From IMG/VR virus record IMGVR_UViG_3300005542_000007, positions 1 through 64,000 of that record: DNA of 64,000 bases; one strand, written 5' to 3'. This document shows positions 27,352 through 36,900 of the stretch, in pieces (positions within the stretch are counted from its first letter, which is position 1; each line of letters begins with the position of its first letter). The notes below the pieces were generated by a model that had not been told where the DNA came from, made no database searches, and was given only the letters and a program-made list of their open reading frames with translations. The position numbers were made by a program, and so were the translations under genes. The DNA comes from a virus.

Positions 27352-30300
27352 ATGAAAAAGATGCCCACCGCAGTTTTGCCAGCGGATTCTGAGTATGTCT
27401 ACGTACCTGATACGGACAGTTGGATTGTTCAGAAAAAGTCAGGTAATAAAGTACTGTCTAAAAAAGAAGCTTCTTTAATTATCCTCGCCCGTTTAGAAGA
27501 GATACATTCTAACTTGTTGAAGCAAGCTATTCAGCAGCAGGATGTTGTAGATTTTTATCTCCTTTCCCTCCTACCTCCAGACTACCTACAAGGTGATGAA
27601 ATAGGCACCGAACATTACGACGCCCTTTCTATTTTTAAATCGATTATTATGTCCCTCCGCGATGAATACATTGAGCGCGGTATGGATGAGTTAAAGGATG
27701 AAGCTAAAACTACAAGATGGGTTAAAGCTATTCCTGAAGAAGACATGCCAGAGGATTTGAAACCGTATTATAAATATCACGACGAACCATTTAGAAGTCG
27801 TCATGAATTTTATGAGGACGATGATAGATCATGGACTTATACGTGTTATAATTGTCAGAAAGGTTTGGAAGAAGGTGACGCTTATATTTTTAATGACGAA
27901 ACATATTGTGAAGATTGTGAAGGCGAAGCTATCAATGACGCAATAAAAGACAATGTTGCTTATTGCACAACTCACAATGTGTTTGTAACGGACGACGAGG
28001 GAATAAAGGAGTACATGTACGATTATCCAGTATCTGATGCGGAAAGCCATCCGGTAGGTCCAGAACATCAATTGGTTCGTTACAAAGAAGGAGTTCCAAT
28101 TTGGGATGAGATTCAAGAAAATGCAAAGAAACAATTACAATTAGAATTTGCGAAACGAAGAAAGAAGAGAGAACAAAAACAACCCAAACAATTAAATCTT
28201 CCCCAACCCACTTCCATGGCGTTCCCCGAAGCTTCTTTAAAGCAAGCTGGTGAAGGCGGTAGCAGCGGTCAAATTCACAGTGAAGATGGATGGTGGGAAG
28301 CACCACATAATTTTGACGATTATTCTTCCACAGATTTCTACAAGATTTTTGCATTAGCCCCTTGGAAATCCATGTATGGTGGTCCTTTGTGGGCTGAAGT
28401 AGCCAAAACCATTACTCAGATGGAGGGCACAACCGATTGGCAAAAGCTTATGGTTCTTATCGACCATTTTCATGACTTGGGCCACAATACAGGTAAGCTC
28501 TTAGACAAGTTTTCAGAGTGGCATAAATGGTTTAAAGAATTCTTAGACGAGAAAGCAAAAAAGAATTCTCTTCGATATCTTCTTCAAAGAGCTTCTGGTC
28601 CAGTTAAAAACCTCGTTACGGATTATTTACGAACATATGGAAAAACCTGGGTGGAGGAAGAAGAGGAACGTGAGTCTGCTGAAAGTAAATTGGAAGTTGG
28701 CGATGAAGCTATTTTTAATGGCCAAGTAGTTACGATTTTAAAAATATTTGAACCATCACATGTAGCTGATGTTCAATACACCGATGGTAAAAAAGACAGA
28801 GTTGTGATTGAAGATTTGAAAGAAATAGACATGCCAGCAGCCGTTTCAAGTCAGAAAGTACAATTACGAAAACTATCTAAAAAGCACGAAGAAGAAGCCA
28901 TTTGTCCATCTTGTGGGGAATGGAAACCAACTGATTTCTCTCCAGAACAATTGAAAGAGATGGACTGGGAATGTCTAGATTGTTCAACCAAACGAGCCCT
29001 TAATCCACAGGACCTTCCCGAGAATAGAGGACAGAAAGAAATTACAACTTTTGATCCTGAATATCAGTGGCTCCTTAAACTCATAAACGTTGTAACGAAG
29101 GCAGGAGTTCCTGCCCACGAAATAAAAGCCTTGAGTACGCAACATCCATTTGTTACAATTGATGACGCAGGTGATTTGGCCGCACAGATTTGGACATTGG
29201 CAACTGAAAGGTACCACATTCCACGAGAATGGTTGATGAAGAAATTGCCTGAAAAAAAAGCTAGTTTAAAAAAACAAGCAGAGATTATAGAGATTGGACT
29301 TACAAGCACCTCCCCACTTTTTCCTATTTTTATAAATCCAACTCCCAATGAAGCTTTGGGGTTATTGGCACGATCTCAAACAGGCGAACTAAGATATTTA
29401 TTTGGTGAGGATGGAAATACTTATCTGTGGGATGGGTATCATGGCGTTCATTTTGATGTGATAAATGAATTACATGCGTTGGGTTTTGATGTAGATGCTC
29501 ACACACCACAAGGAGAAGTTGTAGGTGAAAAAGCAGTTAGACAAATTTTTGGCACTTTAAATACAAAAGCTTACGAAGGCGGATATCCAACCGAGGAAGA
29601 CGCTACTTATATGGGTGGCGGTCCACAGGGTACCGTTGCTTATGAACCTGCTAAGCATGATTCTCAAACAGGTAGACGTGAAAGGGATGATGGAGAACCA
29701 ATAGTTATTTGTCCCAAATGCAAATCAAATAAAGTAGCAAAAGAAGGCGAACAAGTTAAGTGTCAAGCTTGCGGAACTAATTTTATTCCAGAACCAGATA
29801 GAGGTTCAGACGACCCAACAGTAAACGATTATAGCCAGAACTATTTTTTCGGACCTAGGGATCTCGGAACGGTGCCTAATAAGCAGCCAGGAGATTCCTT
29901 TTGGCAACCTTGGGGAACTGAGAACTCCGACGGAGTTTCTTCCAATGTTATGATGAGTAGTTTCAAATCCTTTATGCGTAAGCAATCCAATTTAAACAAA
30001 GTAGCTCACTGCGGCCCTTGTTCAGTCCTTAAGATGGAAGCTCTTCACATTCTCATCGATCTTTATTACAAAGATAATGATTTATTCCCCGAAGAAGTTA
30101 TAGAAGAACTTTCTGTTGCTACAACCGAGCTTGAGGTTGATAATTTTAACGACATTTTAGAAAGTGTTATTGAAGAATATTTAGAAGAGAAAGCTGAAGA
30201 GGTCGGAGATAAACTTCCAAAGCTTAAGAACCTTTTGATTGCTCTTAAAGATATTGCGCCTAAGCTTGGGAATGAAATTGAGATTGTGGATAAGCAAGCA

Positions 30301-31791
30301 ATGCTCAAACAAGCCTTTGGCACCGTTAAAAACGTTTTGATTATCTGTTCTGGTAATACATGCCGCAGCCCAATGGCCGAGAATATTTTACGTTCCATCC
30401 GTCCAGACTTGAATGTTGTTTCCAGAGGTCTTTACGTTTCCAAGGGAGGACCTATGAGCCCTCCCGCAGAAGTCGCTTTGAAAGAGAAAGGCATTCCCTA
30501 TCAGCCTCACACATCCAAGCAAGTAGACGCTAATGATGTAAACGCCGCTGACTTAATCCTTACAATGGAACAATGGCAGAAAGAAGAAGTTGTAAAACAA
30601 TTTCCACAAGCTAAGAGTAAAACGTTCCTGCTCGGTAGCAAAGAGATTCAAGACCCAGTTGGTGGGAAGGCAGAAGACTACCAAAGAATTAGGGATGAGA
30701 TTGCCCAGGAGTTGGGCAAGATGGGCTCTTTGGATAAACAGGCAAAAGAAGTTCCAACCCCCTCAAACAAAGAAGAATATCCTAAAATTTCAAAACCTAA
30801 ATCAGGGTATGTAGATAATGGCATAGGTTATACATGCGGTCGTTGCGAATATTTTAATCCCGAAAGAGAAAAATGTAAAAAAGTAGAAGGAACTATTAAA
30901 TCGTTTGGTTGTTGTAATTTTTGGGATGGTGAAGGTAAATTCAAAGAAAAAAATAAAACAGCAGAAAAAGCATTAGAGACGGATAAAAGAGCGTTAACAA
31001 AAGAAGAAGCAGTTTATGTTCAATATCCAAATGTTGATTATCGTTGTGATGAGTGTGCATTTTTTAATGCAGAAGCTAAAACGTGTACCAAAGTAGACGG
31101 AGAAATCTCACCAACAGCTTCTTGTAATTTTTGGCAACCAATAAAGAATAAACAAGCTAATTTAATAAAACAAGCCAACCCTCCCAGTAGATTCTGGATT
31201 GCCCCAGATGGGAAAGAGTTTGAAGTATTCTCAGCAGGGCACGGCAAATGGATACAACAAAATCTAAAAACATTAAAACAATATGGCATTAATCCGTCTG
31301 AAGATTTAGATAAAATGAATAAAGAAATGTATGATCGGGGATGGTCCAGAATATCTAATGAACCAGCAGGATCTGGATTTCAAATTCAAGTGGCAGATGT
31401 AAATAAAGTTCCTTCCTACCTAGACGATTTTATAGCAAAACATTTCAAGAAAGGCGAGACAATTTTAGTTGGAGATATAGATGGAGAAGGAATAGAAATA
31501 ACTGATCCCTTTCCTACTCTTCAAAAAGCTATAAATAAAAAGCCAAAATTTTGGGCATCTCAAAAGCAAGCTTCTCTTCTCGATGAAGTATTGGACCAGA
31601 CAACCCAAGATGCAATTGCAAGTGAGTACGGTCCAGCAATGCTAATCGCGTTAAGGTTCTACAACGACGGTATAAGATACGGGCAAAATCCTCAGCGTTC
31701 CATGGCTTACGCACTTGATGAAATTAAGAAGATGGGAAGACCAATAAATCAAAAAGATTTCTTGGAAGTGTTGGATACTTATTTTCAGTAA
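27352..31791 (+). CDS. giant mosaic protein with an LMW phosphatase and two HiPIP-like domains
   Basis: CSGNTCRSPMAE...DP motif (~30320-30720); two Y...CxxC..F....C..V.G.I....C.FW modules (~30780-31140); KQA linkers. Confidence 0.75.
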   Translation: MKKMPTAVLPADSEYVYVPDTDSWIVQKKSGNKVLSKKEASLIILARLEEIHSNLLKQAIQQQDVVDFYLLSLLPPDYLQGDEIGTEHYDALSIFKSIIMSLRDEYIERGMDELKDEAKTTRWVKAIPEEDMPEDLKPYYKYHDEPFRSRHEFYEDDDRSWTYTCYNCQKGLEEGDAYIFNDETYCEDCEGEAINDAIKDNVAYCTTHNVFVTDDEGIKEYMYDYPVSDAESHPVGPEHQLVRYKEGVPIWDEIQENAKKQLQLEFAKRRKKREQKQPKQLNLPQPTSMAFPEASLKQAGEGGSSGQIHSEDGWWEAPHNFDDYSSTDFYKIFALAPWKSMYGGPLWAEVAKTITQMEGTTDWQKLMVLIDHFHDLGHNTGKLLDKFSEWHKWFKEFLDEKAKKNSLRYLLQRASGPVKNLVTDYLRTYGKTWVEEEEERESAESKLEVGDEAIFNGQVVTILKIFEPSHVADVQYTDGKKDRVVIEDLKEIDMPAAVSSQKVQLRKLSKKHEEEAICPSCGEWKPTDFSPEQLKEMDWECLDCSTKRALNPQDLPENRGQKEITTFDPEYQWLLKLINVVTKAGVPAHEIKALSTQHPFVTIDDAGDLAAQIWTLATERYHIPREWLMKKLPEKKASLKKQAEIIEIGLTSTSPLFPIFINPTPNEALGLLARSQTGELRYLFGEDGNTYLWDGYHGVHFDVINELHALGFDVDAHTPQGEVVGEKAVRQIFGTLNTKAYEGGYPTEEDATYMGGGPQGTVAYEPAKHDSQTGRRERDDGEPIVICPKCKSNKVAKEGEQVKCQACGTNFIPEPDRGSDDPTVNDYSQNYFFGPRDLGTVPNKQPGDSFWQPWGTENSDGVSSNVMMSSFKSFMRKQSNLNKVAHCGPCSVLKMEALHILIDLYYKDNDLFPEEVIEELSVATTELEVDNFNDILESVIEEYLEEKAEEVGDKLPKLKNLLIALKDIAPKLGNEIEIVDKQAMLKQAFGTVKNVLIICSGNTCRSPMAENILRSIRPDLNVVSRGLYVSKGGPMSPPAEVALKEKGIPYQPHTSKQVDANDVNAADLILTMEQWQKEEVVKQFPQAKSKTFLLGSKEIQDPVGGKAEDYQRIRDEIAQELGKMGSLDKQAKEVPTPSNKEEYPKISKPKSGYVDNGIGYTCGRCEYFNPEREKCKKVEGTIKSFGCCNFWDGEGKFKEKNKTAEKALETDKRALTKEEAVYVQYPNVDYRCDECAFFNAEAKTCTKVDGEISPTASCNFWQPIKNKQANLIKQANPPSRFWIAPDGKEFEVFSAGHGKWIQQNLKTLKQYGINPSEDLDKMNKEMYDRGWSRISNEPAGSGFQIQVADVNKVPSYLDDFIAKHFKKGETILVGDIDGEGIEITDPFPTLQKAINKKPKFWASQKQASLLDEVLDQTTQDAIASEYGPAMLIALRFYNDGIRYGQNPQRSMAYALDEIKKMGRPINQKDFLEVLDTYFQ

Positions 31792-31794
31792 GGG

Positions 31795-31823
31795 TTGACG
31801 ATAGGGGCGATTGGTGGTATAAT
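31795..31823 (+). promoter_or_regulatory. sigma70-type promoter upstream of deoC
   Basis: TTGACG-17 bp-TATAAT with extended TG. Confidence 0.8.
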
Positions 31824-31832
31824 AGAAAGAGA

Positions 31833-32546
31833 ATGGATATAGCAAAGGTTATTGATTACACTCTTCTCAAACCCCAGGAACCTCTAGGCAGTTATACAGA
31901 GCTAGTCCGTAACGCAATTAAATATCAGGTTGGTACAGTTTGTGTCAATTCCTTTCATGTTCCTCTAGTTTCTAGTTTGCTTCATTCCTACATCCACACA
32001 GATACAAATTTGAATATAAATGTAGCTTCAACTATCGGCTTTCCATTTGGCACATCAAGTATTGAATCAAAAGTGGCAGAAATGCAGCAAGCGTTCAATG
32101 ATGGGGCCGTTGAGTTCGATGTCGTAATCAATTTGAGTGCCGTAAAAACCCACGACTGGTTGAGGGTGAAACATGAATTAGAAGCTCTACGATCAGCAGT
32201 TCCAGATTTTATAAATAAATTTCATCCCACCCTTAAGATAATTTTAGAAGTGGGAATGCTTACAGATGACGAAATCAAAAAAGCATCTGAATTATGCATT
32301 GAAACTAATTGCGACTTTTTGAAAACGAGCACAGGAATCAATGTAGAATTGGCACCAGCCAAGACAGCCGAGTATGTCAGAATGCTCAAAGATTTCTCAA
32401 AGGGTTCTAAAATTAAGGTGAAGGCCAGCGGATATATAAAAACGCTTAGTGATTTCAACATGATGTTGGATGCAGGAGCAGATAGGATTGGAGTATCAAG
32501 AACAGTGCAAATTTTAGAGGAGTTTTTAAAAGGAGAGAAACGATGA
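31833..32546 (+). CDS. deoC: deoxyribose-phosphate aldolase
   Basis: IDYTLLKP, VCVN, IGFPFG, GAVEFDVV, LKIILE, FLKTSTG, VKASG, GADRIGVS. Confidence 0.92.
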   Translation: MDIAKVIDYTLLKPQEPLGSYTELVRNAIKYQVGTVCVNSFHVPLVSSLLHSYIHTDTNLNINVASTIGFPFGTSSIESKVAEMQQAFNDGAVEFDVVINLSAVKTHDWLRVKHELEALRSAVPDFINKFHPTLKIILEVGMLTDDEIKKASELCIETNCDFLKTSTGINVELAPAKTAEYVRMLKDFSKGSKIKVKASGYIKTLSDFNMMLDAGADRIGVSRTVQILEEFLKGEKR

Positions 32547-32980
32547 GTGAGAAATATTACGTGAGTGATGGAAATGGCGGTAAGGAAGTGTCAATCCCAG
32601 TTCGTGAGGACCCATTTAAAGCGATTTTAGCGAAGCCAGAGGCCCCAAAGAGCGAAGAAAAGGCCCCAGAGCCTGTCCAAGTAGCTGGTGACGATTTAGC
32701 CCAGGAATCAAAAGCTGCATTTAGTGGAAAAGAAGAAGGAATGGTTCCCGAGCAGCCAAAAGAAGTTGTTTACGGCCATTGCAATAATTGTCGTTTGGAA
32801 TTGACAGAAGATAAAGTAGTGAAAACTCCAATCGATTATATACGCGCTGAGGATGGAACCTTAACGAAAGCGGCTTCTCGTTTCAGTATTTTCTGCAAAA
32901 ATTGTATGAAGTTTGTTACGATTATTGACCGGGACGCGCAAAAGCTTTTGAACGATATGATACGTAAGAATGTTCGCTAA
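32543..32980 (+). CDS. hypothetical protein with zinc ribbon
   Basis: CNNC...CKNC; ATGA coupling. Confidence 0.55.
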   Translation: MSEKYYVSDGNGGKEVSIPVREDPFKAILAKPEAPKSEEKAPEPVQVAGDDLAQESKAAFSGKEEGMVPEQPKEVVYGHCNNCRLELTEDKVVKTPIDYIRAEDGTLTKAASRFSIFCKNCMKFVTIIDRDAQKLLNDMIRKNVR

Positions 32981-33005
32981 GACCAGGAGAAATAGGTAAA
33001 CTAAA

Positions 33006-33224
33006 ATGATCGCTACTGCCGAGGTTCCAATGATCAAATTCACTGAAAATAGAATTTTATGTCCTAATTGTCAACGCAATAACAATTTTGAAATTGTTAT
33101 TAAGCAAGAGGATTCTAAATACTATTTGGGTGAGAAGTGCCCCAAGTGCGACCATTTTGAAGATTTTAGAGAAGTGACGAAACGAGAAGCTTTAAAGTAT
33201 TTAGTTTTGGAAGACCTTCAGTAA
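33006..33224 (+). CDS. small zinc-ribbon protein
   Basis: CPNC...CPKC. Confidence 0.55.
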   Translation: MIATAEVPMIKFTENRILCPNCQRNNNFEIVIKQEDSKYYLGEKCPKCDHFEDFREVTKREALKYLVLEDLQ

Positions 33225-33261
33225 CCCCGCCGTATAAATCTGCCGCATAAGGAATCCCGTT

Positions 33262-33912
33262 ATGAAAAAGTTTTTATTGGGGCTTGTCGCCCTTTCTTTG
33301 TTGTTTTCTGCCTGTACGCCCCATGATGTTGCCGTTGCCAAGAGAATTTCCAAATCCACTGTTCTAGTTCACATTCGTTTAAGAAAAGGTGAAAGAACAG
33401 GCGGAGCACTTTGTAGTGGTGTTGTAGTCTCTCCCAATGAAATTCTTTTAGCGGCCCATTGCGTCAATCCCCCAGAAGGGATTTCAATAGATAAAATTTG
33501 GGTTCGTGATTTTAATGACAGGGTACAAGAAGCAACAGTAGAAAGAAAAGAACCACAGCAAGATTTGGCAATCCTCAAAGTTAAGAAGCGGGAAATACCT
33601 GCAAGAATTGGTAGTGAGGTTCGTGTAGGACAGCCTGTAATTGTTGTTGGGATGCCGCTTGGCGTTGAGTGGTGTGTCACAAAGGGAATAGTTTCTAAAA
33701 CAGATGTGAAAGTGGAGACGGTTCCTTACGCCATATTTTTCATTACAGATGCAACAGTGCTTCCAGGAAACAGTGGTGGTGGAGTTTGGAATGAACGTGG
33801 AGAGCTTGTAGGAATTGTTAGTATGAGCACTTCTATTCTTGGGGGATTTGGAGCAGCGGGATTGGGAATTATTGTTGATACTGAAACTGTAAGAGGATTT
33901 TTGGACAGATAA
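33262..33912 (+). CDS. trypsin-like (S1C-type) serine protease lipoprotein
   Basis: Lipobox LLFSAC; AAHC, DLAIL, GNSGG catalytic triad. Confidence 0.88.
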   Translation: MKKFLLGLVALSLLFSACTPHDVAVAKRISKSTVLVHIRLRKGERTGGALCSGVVVSPNEILLAAHCVNPPEGISIDKIWVRDFNDRVQEATVERKEPQQDLAILKVKKREIPARIGSEVRVGQPVIVVGMPLGVEWCVTKGIVSKTDVKVETVPYAIFFITDATVLPGNSGGGVWNERGELVGIVSMSTSILGGFGAAGLGIIVDTETVRGFLDR

Positions 33913-33919
33913 ATTAAAA

Positions 33920-36900
33920 ATGAAAAAGATTGTAGCTAATATTCTCGATTGGCCTAAGCCGTCACTTGAGCCAGCTATATGGAGTGAAGATAATACCCTG
34001 AAACCAGAGGTAAAGAAATTTATCCTCGATTTCATTTCTTCGTTTGCCCAAGCGAATAATTTTAAAGCAACAGACCAATGGATTACTGAAGTGAAGTTTG
34101 TGGGGTCTTTGACAACCAATTGTTGGAATTCCAATTCTGATATGGATATTCACATTGGGGTGGACCTTCCCAAGTTTGTTGAAGTAGAACGACCCGAGAT
34201 GTCTGATAAAGAAGCCAGTAATTACTTGGACGAGATTCGTAAACAGGTTGACCAAGTAAAAGCAAAGGTACCAGGAACAGAACATCCCACTGAAATTTAT
34301 TTTGAAACTGAATTTACAACTCATGCCAGTCAAGCATTCTCTGGTACCTATTCTGTTTTAGAAGATAAATGGTTGGTTGAGCCACATATTGTTGGGCAGG
34401 ATTTTGACATCTCCACATTACATCCAGACCTATTAAATTTAGCTAAAGAAACGGCCTCCGAGCTTGATGCTGCTTTCGGTGAAATTAAACGCGATGTGGC
34501 AGATATTAAAGAGCTTAACGAAACCATTAATGATTGGCCAGCCGAACAACGATCCCTTTTTGAGAAAAAACTCCAAAAACGATTAGAGGACCTCGAATCA
34601 GAAATTAAAGAGCTTGTTGTTATTCGTGAAGATGTAGCAGAGAAGCGCAAACATTATGATGCAGTATCGGAGCAAGAGGTCCGATTTAAGTACCTCCAGA
34701 AGTATTTTTACATGCACGTTCTCACCGACCTTAAAACCCTCCTAAAACAATCCCCCGAACTATCTGTGAAAGATATTCCAGTTGTTGAGAATATTATGCA
34801 ACAAGCTAATCTAAAACTCGCCTATCATGAAGATGAAAATAGAATCCTTGTAGATATGGATGACACTATTTGTCATGAAACTTCCGATAATGAATGTGGT
34901 GAACCAATGGAAGGAGTTAAAGAAGCCCTTACGAAGCTTAAAGAACAGGGTTTTGAGATTGTTATTTTTAGTCACCGCGCAGATGAGAAGCACGGCGAAG
35001 ATGAGATTAAAAAATATTTAGAGGTTCATGAAATTCCCTACGATTCTATATTCCAAGGGGAGAAGCCACTAGCTAAATTTTATGTAGACGACCGAGCAAT
35101 TCATTTTGATAATTGGAACAGTGTATTAAAGCAGATTGAGAAATCTGCATCCCTTCCCAACGGATACTGGATTGATCCTTCTGGAAAAAGATACCCTGTA
35201 ACTGGATTATCTGGCGGCATGTCCCACGTTGATTTTATTTATAAGCATTTTGGGGTAGGCCGAAAAGACTTCGATAAAAAAGAAAAGGAGATGTTTAAAG
35301 AGGGTTGGTCTAGAATTTCACACGACTATACAAGTGAGCAACAATTTTTTATTCAAGTTGGAAATTTAAGAAACCTACCACCGTATTTAGATGGTTTTAT
35401 CGCTGAATTTTATAAACCAAACGATCCTGTTAAAGGCATTTTAATGGAAGATGGAAAGGAATATATTACTGTAAATGATCCTTTCCCCTCTCTACAAGAA
35501 GCTGTTAACGAAGAATTGAAAAGGCCCAAAATAGAATCCTCAATCGATCTTCCAATTATCGACCCCAAGACTTTTCAACGTAAAGAACCATATGCCCTTT
35601 TCATTGGCACAGGTGATTATGGCAGTGCTGGTAAAATTGATATGTTCAATGTGTATGGCAAGCATCCCATGATTACAGAATCTAATGCCGTGCCTACAGT
35701 TACATTGGATACATTGGTTAAAGAGAATATTCCAGTGATTGGCAAGGAACCTCGTGCAGGAGATAAGCAGCCAGTGCAGGATATCTCAGGGTTGGTTAAA
35801 CAAGCTCAATTAGGCTCTAAATACGATTATTCTTCTACCCATTTTCTTCTACCAACCAATATTGCCGAAAAGATTATTAGGTGGGGAGTGGAAAATATTC
35901 CAGAGGAGGAGATTGTTCACGACCCAGATGGAACAAAGGGAATCCAAGTTGAGAGTCACGTTACGCTGAAATACGGATTGCTAACCGATGACTTTGAAGA
36001 GGTAAAGAGAGTATTGGATGGTGAAAAAGCGCCTCATATTAAATTTGGAAAGACTTCTTTCTTCGAACCAGAAGGCAAGGATTACGATGTAGTAGTTATT
36101 GAGGTTGAAAGTGAAGATTTACAGGATTTAAGCAAAAAGCTTTGCTCTCAGGTCAAATGCAATGATGAGCATGATGGATACAATCCGCATGTAACTGTTG
36201 CTTATGTGAAGAAAGGACTTGGGAAGAAGTATGAAGGTAAGGACATCATAACCGGAGAGGAAATTTATCTAGATACTTTAACCTTTTCGCCCAAGGAAGG
36301 CGAACCAAGACAATTGGAACTGAAGAATAAAGTGAAAAAAAATGCGTCCGATTATGTGCATCGAGCGTATAACCCACAAAATCCTACCGCACCAGATATA
36401 TTTATTTATAAAAATCCATCCTTAGAGAAATTTAAGCAGCTATATATTGAATCTGGTATGGGCCTTAGATACTTTATAACTAACAGCGGTGATATGTGGG
36501 TTTGGGATTCTTTAGAACTTATACATCAAGACGTAGCAGAACAATTGGGTTATGATTACAACACAGCCTTTGAAGATTTGGGACAAGTAGAAGACGACAA
36601 AACTTTTAATAAATTTATAAAATTTTATTTTTCTAAGCCACAAAAAGAATCATCCTTCATGCCAAGTAATACCGATCTAGCTCCAAGTAATGATTGGAGT
36701 GGAGATGTAGGATGGCCTGGGAATGAAGAGATGGACCCCGTATGGCCCAGAGGTGACGGAGAAAATTATTATTCGCCAATGGATGATCGTCCACGAGAGA
36801 AAAGTGTTTGGTGGAAGCTTTTAAATATGTTTAAGAAACAACAGCCAATGAGTAAGAAAGATGTTGTGCCTGTGAAAGAGGCTTCTTCCAATGTTTTTAT

